DNA from: Pristiophorus japonicus
Taxonomy: Eukaryota
DNA: 64,000 nucleotides
NCBI RefSeq assembly: GCF_044704955.1
Contig: NC_091987.1
Span: 208,258,001 to 208,322,000 of the forward strand
Direction of reading: 5' to 3'
This document shows, piece after piece, positions 1-12,421 of the stretch. Both the position numbers and the translations under genes were made by a program. The notes below the pieces were generated by a model. The model was not told the DNA's origin. It did no database searches and saw only the letters and a program-made list of their open reading frames with translations. Each line of letters starts with the position of its first letter. The first letter of the stretch is position 1.

Positions 1-733
1 GGATGACTTTGGAATACTATTGGCATTGATAAGATGTTACTGAACATTTTGCTGACAAGAACTACATTTCTTTGCAAACACCCACCCAAACTTATTCATT
101 CCATCAATAATAATGAGGTCTTGCCCTCAGGTAGAGTCTAGTATTCAGTAGAACCAGAACATTTTGGCTTCCTGAAACTTACGCTGTTTGAACATTCCCA
201 AATGCAGCAATAATATTCATGAGAATAATCAAGAATGAGGCTGTGTAATGGCCTTAGCCTTACATATTCCTGATAAAACATATCCACAGCTGGATCAGAA
301 TGCATCCTGATGCAACTCACGCATAATGGCAACTGTTAGTAGACCATTCACAGGCCTGGCAAATGTTACAAATATGGCTGCTCCAATTGGAGGCCAAACG
401 TTGAGAATTTTGTTTTAGATAACAAATCATAAAATAAATAAAAATTCAGTTATGTTTTTGTAGGGAATGCTGCAGTCAATGACTATATAGATCGATTTCC
501 TGATTTACCTAATTTCCTTTACCTCAACCCTGGTGGTGATTTTCCCTATGGCCTTCAACCCTTCACCTTTATTTTCTTAATAATGAAAACATTATCACGG
601 CGTTTTCCTTTAATTCCTATTTTTAAAGCTACATTTAATGGTGGCAGTAGGGTCACGGGTTCAGTTCTCTGTGCTATTGCGATCTTGATCTGAGTGTTGC
701 TGCTGTGAACAACACTGATGCCCTCACGATAGG

Positions 734-1010
734 TGTAATGTGTGCACCTGAGAGTACGCTCACAGGTTTGTAGAGCTATTGGGTTGGGAGTGGCTTAGCC
801 AGTCACGTGATGTTCACACGACTCAATAAAACCCCAGCCAGATGGATTCGGGGGATCCACGATGAGGCAGGTGGTTGTGAGCCTGGTAGATGAACTGGTA
901 ATGTGTAGTGTGATTGTTAAACCTTTTTTGCTAATAAACCAACTAGTTCTTAATAGCAAGGTGTTGCTATGAATTCTTAAGCAAAGAACCCATGAAGCAA
1001 ATACATTGCA
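734..1010 (+). mobile_element. Solo LTR (about 277 bp), uninterrupted copy
   Basis: Starts TGTAATGT and ends ACATTGCA (TG..CA, inverted termini). Contains AATAAA and a GTCACGTGA E-box. Flanks tagg/aagg may be an imperfect TSD. A homologous but interrupted copy lies at 51388-54822. Confidence 0.75.
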
Positions 1011-1169
1011 AAGGGAGACGGGGAAGGAATCAGATATAGAGCCAGTGCTGCGATAGTGTTGCACATTTCCTGGAGATAAAGGGCAGGATAACCTCTGAAC
1101 AGATTACCGGGTCACCCTTGCAGTTGCCCTCACACTGGGGGAATGAGCGGAACTACGTTTCTCTCTTAA

Positions 1170-1545
1170 TCAATTTTTCTCAGCCAATTTTCTCCCATCC
1201 TCTTCTCTGAAGGAAGTTGATTCCTTGCTGGGCGAAAGTTCCATCAACCTGCAACAGCTCACCCAGGCTCTTCTGGTCAGAGTCTTACCAATGAGTGTCT
1301 GTAGCCCATTACTAGGAACTGGAGAGGGCATCGTAGCTGAGCTCAATTCTGTCCTTACCCAACGGAGGTTGCTGGTTAGTGGTCAGGAACAGGAATCCTG
1401 GCTGATTTTCCTGTCCTTAACATGTGTACTGAGAACAATTGTACCGCTCCTACACAGAGTTAAGATTTTCTAAGGATTGAACTGGGGCCTCCTGGTTTGT
1501 GTGGGTCAACTAGTCATTGGATGTACTTGCTAAGTTGTTGGGGGA
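1170..1545 (-). mobile_element. Old tRNA-derived SINE-like repeat (family B), degenerate
   Basis: Reversed B-box-like ggattgaact near 1473 and a ggaatcctggctgattttcc motif shared with 43480-43800, 50525-50790 and 57360-57500. Confidence 0.4.
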
Positions 1546-1824
1546 CTCAAAATCAACATTTTGAAGCTGACTAGAGGCTCTCACAGGACTGTGACACCGC
1601 ATTATGTCAACACTTTATTAAACAGAGGCACATCTATGGGCCCGATAGCTAATATAAAATTCATGAAGGTGCAGGTGATACCTTCTTTAAGCTGTTAGAT
1701 TACAGTAATTACTCGGGATCTTGTAGCTTTTTTTTAAGTATTTCATTTGACCTACGAACATAAAGAAATAATATTTCAATCACTGTAGTCTGGGAGTGTT
1801 GTAATTTAAAGGCACTGTTAAAAT

Positions 1825-2950
1825 AAAGACATATATTTATATAGCGCCTTTCAGGACCTCAAGACCTCCCAAAGCACTTTACAGCCAATGAAGTACTTTT
1901 GAAGTGTAGTCACTGCTGTAATGTGGGAAACACAGCAGCCAATTTGCACACAGCAAGCTCCCACAAACAGCAATGTGGTAATGACCAGATAATCTGTGTG
2001 ACTGATGTTGGGTCAGAGATAATTGCTGGCCAGGACACTGGGGAAAATTCCCCTGCTTTTCTTCAAAATAGTACCAGGGGATCTTTTATATTCATCTTTA
2101 ATATTCACGGTTAAGAAAGAAAATGGCATGTTGGCCTTCATAGCGAGGGGATTTGAGTACAGGGGCAGGGAGGTGTTACTACAGTTGTACAGGGCCTTGG
2201 TGAGGCCACACCTGGAGTATTGTGTACAGTCTTGGTCTCCTAACTTGAGGAAGAACATTCTTGCTATTGAGGGAGTGCAGCGAAGGTTCACCAGACTGAT
2301 TCCCGGGATGGCGGGACTGACATATCAAGAAAGACTGGATCAACTGGGCTTGTATTCACTGGAGTTCAGAAGAATGAGAGGGGATCTCATCGAAACGTTT
2401 AAAATTCTGACGGGTTTAGACAGGTTAGATGCAAGAAAAATGTTCCCAATGTTGGGGAAGTCCAGAACCAGGGGTCACAGTCTAAGGATAAGGGGTAAGC
2501 CATTTAGGACCGAGATGAGGAGAAACTTCTTCACCCAGAGGAGTGGTGAACCTGTGGAATTCTCTACCACAGAAAGTTGTTGAGGCCAATTCACTAAATA
2601 TATTCAAAAAGGAGTTAGATGTAATCCTTACTACTAGGGGGATCAAGGAGTATGGCGAGAAAGCAGGAATGGGATATTGAAGTTGCATGTTCAGCCATGA
2701 ACTCATTGAATGGCGGTGCAGGCTCGAAGGGCCGAATGGCCTAATCCTGCACCTATTTTCTATGTTTCTATGTTTCTATCTGAGAGTCCAGACGGGGCCT
2801 TGATTTTAATGTCTCATCCGAAAAACTGTACCTCTGACAGTACAGTGCTCCTGCATTGGGAGTGTCAGCCTAGATTTATGTGCTCAAGTCTCTGGAGTGG
2901 AACTTGAACCAACAACCTTCTGACAGAAGCGTAGGTGCTACCCACTGAAT
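1825..2950 (-). mobile_element. SacSINE1-like DeuSINE split by a CR1 insertion
   Basis: The tail and Deu domain (1825-2100) and the head (2780-2950) align with the intact copy at 8768-9230. Confidence 0.8.
2108..2779 (+). mobile_element. CR1 LINE 3' fragment
   Basis: ORF2 C-terminus [15 protein letters not shown]...RRMRGDLIE and a (TATGTTTC)n tail. Confidence 0.92.
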
Positions 2951-3703
2951 GCAGGTCAGGATTTTGTGCTCATGGTTCTTGAGGCGAGAATGCTACCAAC
3001 TGAACCAGCATTTGCCAGTCTGAAATGTCTGGGTTACAATTATGGCTCTTTTTGCCTTTCTGCGGAAATGAGCAAGATTAATTACTCTGCTGTTAAATGT
3101 GTTAATTCCTTAAAGAGGAATTTATCGTTCTGCAAGTTTAGGTAATTAAACCTTAGTTAACATGGGGTTAAAAGGAAGATGAGATAGAACCATCGTAATT
3201 TGCTTTGTATGTGTAGCCATGGAGTTACTGCAGAGGTTGTAAAATATTTATTTTACTTTGGGTATAAAAATTAAGAATTAAGCATATTTACACGTTGCAA
3301 TCCATCATTGAACTGTGCCATCCCATTCTAGCAACTGAATAAAATATACTTCATTGGCTGTGAAGCGCTTTGGGATGTCCTGAGGTTGTGAAAGGCGCTA
3401 TGCAAATGCAAGTTCTTTCTTTCTTTGAATACGATAAGAATTATGAGCCCCATGGTACATTACGGTAGAAATAATAAAAAAGTCTATTCGAAGTAAACCT
3501 GCTCCTAAGTTTGCCCAGCACAGAGAGGGTAAAGTTAGATTGGCGTTCCAGTACTTAGTTGGATGTATTAAAGTATAATGGCAGCTAAAACCCTGAGCTT
3601 TTACATATGAGCACACATTAAAATGTTCCTAATATAAGGTACATGTTCATTCCGCAGGAGTGAAGATGGTGGGACTGATTCGAGTCCAGGCTGAGCTATA
3701 TCC

Positions 3704-3769
3704 CTAGGATGTAGCATTTCGCTGGTTTGAGCCCGAGTTAACTCTTCCTTTCTTCAAGAGATGCCTGAT
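3704..3769 (-). CDS. NFKBID: Nuclear IkappaB (IkappaBNS) last coding exon, IRHLLKKGRVNSGSNQRNATS*
   Basis: Acceptor ctttacag, phase 0 continuing the exon at 7123-7287, TAG stop at 3704-3706. Resembles the C-terminal LRQLLKR/IRRILKG of NFKBID/NFKBIZ. Confidence 0.8.
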   Translation of the reverse strand: MRHLLKKGRVNSGSNQRNATS

Positions 3770-3942
3770 CTGTAAAGCCATAAACATGTTCACAGTAAGC
3801 TTCAAGTCATAGAATAAATTCACTTTTTTTAATGTTTAAAAATACATTATAGTGCCGGAAGCATAACAAGCAAATCAATATTACAGTGTAGTGCTGCCAT
3901 CCATGTAGCGAGGGTAGCAAAAGTGAGTCTGGATCATCCTCT

Positions 3943-4245
3943 CACTCCAGAGACTTGAGCACAAACATCTAGACTCCAGTGCAGAGCTGAGGGAGCACTG
4001 CACTGTCAGCAGTGCCATCTTTCGGATGAGACATTAAAACCAAGGCTCCATCTGGCCTCTCAGATGAACATAAAAGATCCCATGGCACTATTTCGAAGAA
4101 GAGCAGGGGAGTTATCCCCGGTGTCCTGGCCAATATTTATCCCTCAACCTACATCACTAAAACAGACTATGGTCATTATCACATCGCTGTTTGTGGGAGC
4201 TTGCTGTGTGCAAATTGGCTGCCGCGTTTCCCACATTACAACAGT
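3943..4245 (+). mobile_element. SacSINE1-like DeuSINE, partial
   Basis: Deu-domain core AAAGATCCCATGGCACT..GAAGAGCAGGGG..CCCCGGTGTCCTGGCCAA. Confidence 0.8.
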
Positions 4246-4809
4246 AATCTATCTGTGCTGACAACAAGGGAGGCTGTTAGCACTGCATTTTGCAAAGTTA
4301 GTCCCTTTTGCTCAATGTAATAGGTTCCCTGCACATGAAGAACAGATGCAGAGAGCCTAGCAAGCAGCTGGATTGGCTGGGATGCAGGGAATCTGCACGA
4401 GGCAGCAGTTCTTAAAAGGCCTGCTGCTTGACCTTAGAGGTGCAATGCATTTTTGAAGTGGCAAAATAGTTTGGTCTCTGTCACAAGGAATGATTGCAGT
4501 TTCCAGAATTTGTGTAAACATACCTTGGGGATATGTGGCCTGCAGAAATGCTGTGAGGCCTAACGTGCTTACCAAGGAAGATTTAGAGGTCATGAGATAC
4601 AGCAGAGGACAATTGCCCTCTTGGCAGTGGAAGGGTATCCCTTTGTGAAAGCAGAGGTGGAGTCTGCCTGGTGAGAGGTAGCCCAGAAAAGGAATGTAAT
4701 CTGCCATATATACGGACATGGGAGAGGGGTGCGTGTGGGCAGAATGAGGAAGACCGTTTCTGATTATTTCAAGCACTGGCAAGGTATGTGTGCTCACGTC
4801 TGCACACAA

Positions 4810-5214
4810 GCATAGTGGTTATGTTACTGGATTATCCAGAGCCCTGAGTTCAAATCCCACCACGGCAGTTAGGGGATATAAATTCAGTTAATTAAATAAA
4901 TCTGGAAGAAAAAGCTAGGATCAGTAATGGTGACCATGATTGTCGTTAAAAAACAATCTGGTTCACTAATGTCCTTTAGGGAAGGAAATCTGCCGTCCTT
5001 ACCCGGTCTGACCTATAGGTAACTCCAGACCCACAGCAATGTGGTTGACTCTTAACTGCTCTCTGTAATGGCCTAGCGAGCCACTTAGTTGGACCAAACC
5101 ATCACACGGACTGCAGCAGTTCTAGAAGGCGGCTCACCACCGTCTTCTCAAGGATGGACAATAAATGCTGCCCTTGCCAGCGACGCCCACATCCCATGAA
5201 CGAATAAAAAAAAA
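4810..5214 (+). mobile_element. tRNA-derived SINE with poly(A) tail (distinct family)
   Basis: A-box-like catagtggtt, B-box gagttcaaatccc, and a 3' end aataaatgctg...cccacatcccatgaacgaat(A)n. Confidence 0.7.
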
Positions 5215-5561
5215 CGGGGGTGAAATGCAACATTAGCAAAAGGGCTGGTAGTGTATCAGTCGCCCGTTATAAAACCCCACCTGATTTACCTTTCCATTGA
5301 AGAATTGGTGGGGAAGATTGACCGGATTGGCCAATTCACTACCGCCCCTCATTCACCATCGCCGAAGTTGAATTTCATCACAATAATGCTACTGGGGAAT
5401 AGCACACATGGCAACAAGCCAGACCTGTGGGCTGCAGCTCGCTCAGGGAGGCCTCTTGCCAAGTAAGGAGGCAACCTTTCCCTCTTTTCTATGCCGTCTA
5501 TTATTGCCAAAATAGTTTGCGCTGTGACACATAAAGGTTGCAAGGTGTGCTTACAAACAAC

Positions 5562-6190
5562 AGGGCCTTCATAGCGAGGGGATTTGGGTACAGGGGCAGG
5601 GAGGTGTTATTACAGTTGTACAGGGCCTTGGTGAGGCCACACCTGGAGTATTGTGTACAGTTTTGGTCTCCTAACTTGAGGAAGGACATTCTTGCTATTG
5701 AGGGAGTGCAGCGAAGGTTCACCAGACTGATTCCCGGGATGGCGGGACTGACATATCAAGAAAGATTGGATCAACTGGGCTTGTATTCACTGGAGTTCAG
5801 AAGAATGAGAGGGGATCTCATAGAAATGTTTAAATTCTGACGGGTTTAGACAGGTTAGATGCAGGAAGAATGTTGGGGAAGTCCAGAACCAGGGGTAACA
5901 GTCTAAGGATAAGGGGTAAGTCATTTAGGACGAGATGAGGAGAAACTTCTTCACCCAGAGAGTGGTGAACCTGTGGAATTCTCTACCACAGAAAGTTGTT
6001 GAGGCCAATTCACTAAATATATTCAAAAAGGAGTTAGATGTAGTCATTACTACTAGGGGGATCAAGGGGTATGGCGAGAAAGCAGGAATGGGGTACTGAA
6101 GTTGCATGTTCAGCCATTAACTCATTGAATGGCGGTGCAGGCTCGAAGGGCCGAATAGCCTACTCCTGCACCTATTTTTCTATGTTTCTA
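5562..6190 (+). mobile_element. CR1 LINE 3' fragment
   Basis: Same ORF2 C-terminus and TATGTTTC tail as 2108-2779. Confidence 0.92.
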
Positions 6191-6198
6191 GAAACTGT

Positions 6199-6326
6199 GG
6201 GGGTGAATTCTCACGAGGGTTCACAAAGGGCTGCGGGAACCCTGGAAAAATGGACGGGTTTCCTGTGGTTCTTTTGTTGAAGCGACAGAGACTGAACGGG
6301 ACATTGCCCCATGGAAATTCACCCCT
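6199..6326. mobile_element. Small MITE (Harbinger-like TIR)
   Basis: GGGGTGAATT...AATTCACCCC termini, flanks tgt/tat. Confidence 0.55.
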
Positions 6327-6360
6327 TATATGTGTATTGCACTGGAATGCACTCGCTCAA

Positions 6361-6992
6361 TAAGAAAAGAAATAGGAGCAGGAGTAGGCCATTCGGCCCC
6401 TCGAGCCTGCTCTGCCATTCAAGAAGATCATGGCTGATCTGATTTTGGCCTCAACTCTCCTGCCTGTTCCCCATAACCCTTAACTCCCCTATGGTTCAAG
6501 GATGTATCTATCTCAGCCTTGAATATATTCAATGACTGAACTTCCACAGCTCGCTGGGGTAGAGAATTCCAAAGATTCTCGACCCTCTGAGAGAAGAAAT
6601 TATTCCTGATCACCATCTTAAATGGGTGACCCATTATTCTGAAACTGTGCCCCTAGATCTAGATTCCCCCATGAGGGGAAACATCTTCTCAGCATCTACC
6701 CTGTCTAGCCCCCTCAGAACCTTATATGTTTCAATAAGATCACCTCTTATTCTTCTAAACTCTAATTAGCACAGGCCCAACCTGCTCAACCTTTCCTCAG
6801 AAGATAACCCCTACATCCCATGAATCAGTCTCGTGAACCTTCTCTGAAATACCTCCAACGCAAGTATATCCCTCCTTAAAGACGGAGACCAAAACTGTAC
6901 GCAGTACTCCAGGTGTGGTCTCACCAGTGCCGTGTACAGTTGTAGCAGGACTTCTCTACTGTTATACTCCATCCCGCTTGCAATAAAGGCCA
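6361..6992 (-). mobile_element. CR1 LINE 3' fragment
   Basis: ORF 6811..7104 contains [19 protein letters not shown], followed by a CR1 3' UTR. Confidence 0.9.
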
Positions 6993-7122
6993 AAGGATAG
7001 GTGTAGGGAGGCATGGTACAGCAGCAATCATTGCACGAAATGGAAGAGTGATTAAAAAAGGGATGAGAGACAAATATTGCGACCAGCCCCAACAAAGGGA
7101 TCACACATCAGTTCTATCTCAC

Positions 7123-7287
7123 CTGATCTCCTTGTTCTCCGGGTTGCACCAGATGGGTCGGCTGCTCATTCTCCAGGTTTCGAATGCTGGGGTCTGCTCC
7201 ATGATATAAAAGCAGTTTAATTATTCTGTCCTGGTTTCTCTCATTTTGGAGACCAGCAGCCATATGCAAAGCCGTGTTACCATGAGC
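7123..7287 (-). CDS. NFKBID: Nuclear IkappaB exon (ankyrin repeat), AHGNTALHMAAGLQNERNQDRIIKLLLYHGADPSIRNLENEQPTHLVQPGEQGDQ
   Basis: 165 nt, phase 0/0, acceptor tttttactag, donor gtgaga. AHGNTALHMAA and RNLENEQP are hallmark NFKBID motifs. Confidence 0.93.
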
Positions 7288-7378
7288 CTAGTAAAAAGTG
7301 GAAAAAGTTTGGTTGAGATCTTGCTGGGTTTTTTTGTTTATGACTATTTCCTTAATTTTTAATCTGTTTTGTACATTT

Positions 7379-7740
7379 ATAGAATCACAGAACGGTTACA
7401 GCACAGAAGGAGGCCATTCGGCCCGTCGAGCCTGTGCCGGCTCTCTGCAAGAGCACTTCAGCTAGTCCCACTCCCCCGCCCTTTCCCCATAGTCCTGCAC
7501 ATTTTTTTCTTTCAGATACTTATCCAACTCTCTTTTAAAGCCACAATTGAGTCTGTCTCCACCACCCTTTCAGGCAGAGTCTTTGGTTCTTCTGCCAATC
7601 ACCTTAAATCTGTGTCCTCTAGTTCGCGATCCTTTCACCAATGGGAACAGTTTATCTCTAAACTACTCTGTCCAGACCCCTCATGATTCTGAACACCTCT
7701 ATCAAATCTCCTCTCAACCTTCTCTGTTCTAAGGAAAACA
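7379..7740 (-). mobile_element. CR1 LINE 3' fragment (ATAGAATC-tail subfamily)
   Basis: CR1 3' UTR and degenerate ORF2 end. Confidence 0.75.
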
Positions 7741-7912
7741 TGCACAGTAGACACGTGGCAGATTAAATTTAACGCAAAGTGATACATTTTGATAGAAAGA
7801 ATGGGAAGATGAAATATAACCTAACGGATACAATCCTAAAGGGGATTTCTTCAAGTGTTTTTCTCCTCTTGCCTATAGGTGCCCCAGCATTAAGAATCGC
7901 CCTTGAAAACAA

Positions 7913-8410
7913 GGGGGGTAATTTTAAACTTTGAGAGTGGAAAAGGGGTGATATTGCATTGCCTGCCAGTTATACACCTCTCCCAATTTCCCTTTTCATT
8001 TATGAAAATCATGGGAGATGATTATTAGGTTACCGATCCCATTTCACCCATTTTCCCGATGTTGGGGAAGTCCATAACCAGAGGACACAGTCTAAGGATA
8101 AGGGGTAAGCCATTTAGGACCGAGATGAGGAGAAACTTCTTCACTCAGAGAGTTGTTAACCTGTGGAATTCCCTACCACAGAGAGTCGTTGATGCCAGTT
8201 CATTGGATATATTCAAGAGGAAGTTAGATGTGGCTTTTATGGCTAAAGGGATAAAGGGGTATGGAGAGAAAGCAGGAAAGGGGTACTGAGGGAATGATCA
8301 GCCATGATCTTATTGAATGGTGGTGCAGGCTCGAAGGGCCGAATGGCCTACTCCTGCACCTATTTTCTATGTTTCTATGTTACACTATCGACAAAAGTTA
8401 ACATTACCCC
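7913..8410. mobile_element. Fold-back MITE interrupted by a CR1 (8052-8380, +)
   Basis: Left end GGGGGTAATTTTAAACTTT and right end AAAGTTAACATTACCCCC, related to 45118-45275. CR1 ORF 8059..8289 lies between them. Confidence 0.65.
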
Positions 8411-8767
8411 CAAAGAGCCACAGTTTCAAATTTCAGATATTTAAATTCAGACACCTAACAACTACAGTCTGCAATATTAGTATAAGAGTGCGCAGTGGAT
8501 TCATATGAGATTTCTTGGTCTGGCATTTTAATTGAGGCATTAACTTGTTTAAACTAAATAGCAGACAAAGTCATGCCAGAAGGATAGATTAAGCATTCAT
8601 AGATTCATATCAATCGCCATAAACTCTAGGCTGTAGATAGATCTGTAGATAAATATATTTAAATCAGAACTTTTAAGATTAAGAAATGAATCCTGTGCAC
8701 ACATGCTCGGCATGACTCATTGATGGGGATTCACTGTATCTCCTCCTAGTGAGGTGCAATGCATTAT

Positions 8768-9230
8768 AGCCGTGGCTTGTGGGTAGCACTCTTGCCTCTG
8801 GGTCAGAAGGTTGAGGGTTCAAGTTCCACTCTAGAGACTTGAGCACAGAAATCTAGGCTGACACTCCAGTGTAGTGCTGAGGAAGTGCTGCAGTGTTGGA
8901 GGTGCCGTCTTTCAGATGAAACGTTGAACTGAGGCCCCGTCTTCTCTCTCAGATGGATGTAAAAGATCCCATGGCACTATTTCGAAAAAGAGCAGGGGAG
9001 CTATCCCTGGTATCCTGGCCAATATTTATCCCTCCATCAACATCACTAAAAACAGATTATCTGGTCACTATCATGTTGCTGTGTGTGGGAGCTTGCTGTG
9101 CGCAAATTGGCTGCCACGTTTCCCACATTACAACAGCGACGACGCTTCAAAAGTACTTCATTGGCTGTGAAGCACTTTGGGATGCCCGGTGATCGTGAAA
9201 GGTGCTATATAAATGCAAGTCTTTCTTTTT
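8768..9230 (+). mobile_element. SacSINE1-like DeuSINE, near full length
   Basis: tRNA head (tggcttgtgggtagc...ggttcaagt), Deu domain, and L2-like tail gaaaggtgctatataaatgcaag. Confidence 0.88.
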
Positions 9231-9779
9231 CTCTATAGCCCCAGTGCAACGTGGCAGAGAATGGTGGGGCAGAGGTACACATCTGGCTTACAACCAGTAC
9301 TGACCCCAGCCATGCCAAGTGGTGGGCAGGTTTTTTTCCCCAGAAGGGGAAGTGAAAAGGGAAGTGAACTCAGGTACAGTCATCAAGTTTCATGAGGCAG
9401 CACATAAATGCAAAATAAAAATATCACCTCATGTGCTCCAGGATTGAAACCAACTTATATCAACCTGTTGCGACAGGTAGATATAGAATTTCAGCCAACA
9501 CAGCTCTTACAAGAGCAAACGTGTTAAGTGCGAGTGACTGGTGCTGGCCATCAGTCTCACCATAACTGTCAACATCAGAAATCAGATCCCACTTCCAACC
9601 AGTACTTCATAACTAATTGTTCGTTAATACCTTCAATTAGAGCGCAGGCAGCAATTTGAACTTGTGCCCATGGATTGGTGCCCCCAGGGTACTAATTCCT
9701 GTGGGGAATGCAGAGCTAGTGGGCATTCAGCCCCCCTACAAAATAGCATATCTAACAGCACTTTTAACAGTTTGATAGA

Positions 9780-10245
9780 AGAAAGAAAGACTTGGTTTAT
9801 AGAGTGCCTTTCACGACCACTGGACAACTCAAAGCGCTTTACAGCCAATGAAGTACATTTGAAGGGTAGTCACTTTTGTAATGTGGGAAACGCGGCAGCC
9901 AACTTGCGCACAGTAAGCTCCCACAAACAGCAATGTGATCATGATCAGATAATCTGTTTTTGTTATGTTGATTGAGGGATAAATATTGGCCAGGACACCG
10001 GGGCTAACACCCCTGCTCTTTTCTGAAATAGTGCCATGGGATCTTTTACATCCACCTGAGAGAGCAGACGGGGCCTCGGTTTACTGTCTCATCCAAAAGA
10101 CGGCACCTCTGACAGTGCAGCACTCCCTCAGCACTGCACTGGAGTGTCAACCTAGGTTTATGTGCTAAAGTTCCTGGAGTGGGACTTGAACCCATAACCT
10201 TCTGGCTCAGACACAAGTATGCTGCTCACTGAGCCACAGCTGACA
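9780..10245 (-). mobile_element. SacSINE1-like DeuSINE, near full length
   Basis: Reverse complement of the 8768-9230 family. Confidence 0.88.
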
Positions 10246-10291
10246 CGACATAGATTTCAACTAAAATATAAATCAGTCAATTCTGGTTGCC

Positions 10292-10816
10292 ATATTATAA
10301 AAAGGATATAGAGGCACTGGAGGGTGCAAAGACTTACAAGGGTGATACGAGAAATGTGAGGATATACATATCAGGAAAGGATGAACAGGCTTGGTCTTTT
10401 TTCTCTTGAAAAAAGAAGGCTGAGGGATGAACTAATAGAGCTCTTTAAAATTATGAAACGTTTTGTTAGAGTAGATACAGTGAGAGTTTCCACTTGTGGG
10501 AAAGAGCATAACTAGAGGCCATCAATGTAAGATAGTCACCAAGAAATCCAATAGAGGAATTCAGCTGAAACTTCTTTACCCAAGGAGTGGTGAGAATGTG
10601 GAACTCGCTACCACAGGGAGTGGTTGAAGCGAATAGTATCGATACATTTAAGGGGAGGCGAGACAAGCATATGAGGGAGAAGGGAATAGACGGTTACGTT
10701 GATAGATTTAGATGAGGAAAGACGGGAGGAGGCTCGAATGGAGCATAAACGCCGGTATGGACTGGTTGGGCCGAATGGCCTGTTTCTGTGCCGTTTATCC
10801 TATGTAATCCTATGTA
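10292..10816 (+). mobile_element. CR1 LINE 3' fragment
   Basis: Degenerate ORF2 end (gtggtgagaatgtggaactcgctacc) and a (CCTATGTAA)n-like tail. Confidence 0.8.
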
Positions 10817-11246
10817 ATTTAGCTGAGGTTGATCAGTACGGTGAATCGGTTTATGATTTTTCTGCTACACCAATGAGGTCATCCTCCTGCATTTGGTCTT
10901 CAATATGCTGCCTGGCAACTTAAACAAATCAGACAGTAATTGCCAGCATTTATTGGCTGGGTATGCAGTTTTTAATCTGTGAAATCTATGCACAGCATAT
11001 CGCAAATGCTCAGGCTGTGTTTTAACTAGCACAGCCCTGAATCAATCACTCACACCCACCCACACGCAACCAAACTAAATATTGCTGCTTTTTAAATCTG
11101 CAAAATGATTTTTGTTTGGTTTCTTTACACCTGTGCTCTGGGAAAGAGTAACCCACAGGTAAAAGCAGTTAAAAGTGAAGAATATGATTCAATCAGAATT
11201 AATTTGGTTGTTTGCTGAACTAGTGGTAATCAAATTTCAACCCATA

Positions 11247-11492
11247 TGAACATAAGAACAAAAGAAATAGGAGCAGGAGTCGGCCATTTGGCCCCTCGAG
11301 CCTGCTCCGCCATTTAATAAGATCATGGCTGATCTGATCCAGGCCTCAACTCCACTTCCCCGCCCGCTCCCCATAACCCTTGACTTCCTTATTATTCAAA
11401 AATTTGTCTATCTCCACCTTAAATATATTCAATGACCCACAGCCCTCTGGGGTAGAGAATTCCAAAGATCCACGACCCTCAGAGAGAAATTT
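11247..11492 (-). mobile_element. CR1 3' end
   Basis: (CATAAGAA)n tail and 3' UTR hairpin. Confidence 0.8.
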
Positions 11493-11915
11493 CTCCCCAG
11501 TCTTCACCTTGAGTTTTGTTTTCTTTTGTGGTGGATTTTCATTGCAGGAGATGTTTTTGGTTTTCAGATCTGTCTTGTAGATCAATTTCAGAATATCAGT
11601 AACCTTCAAGTAGAGCTTCGCAGGGCAATGAACTATTCTCAAAGAATGGCTAAATGTTAACTAGTTCATTATTACTTATTAGAATTTAAATAAAAAGAAA
11701 TTGCAACAAGAATCTTCGGAAATTCATTGGGAATCAGACAGTTTTATTGACAATAAATAGACCATGTAAAGTGTTTAATAACGAGGTATATTAATGCTGT
11801 GATCCATTCAAAAATTTAGTCCAAATATTTAAGGAGAATAACATTAATGTTTGGCATGCCTAACTGCATTTTAAGTTGGTAAGCCATCAGACCTCAAAGA
11901 GATTAGATCCCTAGA

Positions 11916-12350
11916 TACAACAACTTATATTTATATAGCGCCTTTAACATAGTGACACGGCCCAAGGCGCTTCACAGGAGTATTATGAGATTTTAAAAAA
12001 TTGACACCGAGCCGCATAAGAAGAAATTAGGGCGGGTGACCAAAGACTTGGTCAAAGAGGTAGGTTTTAAGGAGCGTCTTGAAGGAGGAAAGGGAGGTAG
12101 AGAGGCGGAGAGGCTTAGGCAGGGAGTTCCAGAGCTTGGGCCCTAGGCAACAAAAGGCACGGCCACCAATAGATGAGTGATTATAATCAGGGATGCTTAA
12201 GAGGGCAGAATTAGAGGAGCGCAGACATCTCAGGGGGTTGTGGGACTGAAAGATATTACAGAGATAGGGAAGGGCGAGGCCATGGAGGAATTTTAAAAAA
12301 AGGATTAGAATTTTGAAATCGAGGCATTGCTTAACCGGGAGCCAATGTAG
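11916..12350 (-). mobile_element. L2 LINE 3' fragment
   Basis: LHWLPV..FKIL..RAF..GPKLWNSLP..FKTLLKTYLF and a (TTG)n tail. Confidence 0.88.
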
Positions 12351-12421
12351 ATAAAGATTTAACAAGCAGGCAGGTCTTACAGAAACAAAATATGTTCCTT
12401 GGATATTCAGTGATTGGCACT

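Noticed and set aside
138-332. ORF 138..332 and unique sequence 1-480 as a possible exon of a neighbouring gene
   Set aside because: No recognisable domain and no convincing exon structure.
2040-2053. kappaB-like palindrome GGGGAAAATTCCCC
   Set aside because: It is a variant of the SINE consensus GGGGATAACTCCCC with non-canonical spacing and no independent support.
2950-3703. Roquin-type CDE stem-loops and poly(A) site expected in an NFKBID 3' UTR
   Set aside because: I found no canonical UC-YRY-GA triloop by eye (TTTC-CGCA-GAAA near 3057-3068 has a 4-nt loop). AATAAA at 3247-3252 lacks a clear GU-rich element, so the UTR end is not called.
8768-8835. tRNA-like sequences
   Set aside because: They are SINE heads with A and B boxes, not cloverleaf tRNA genes.
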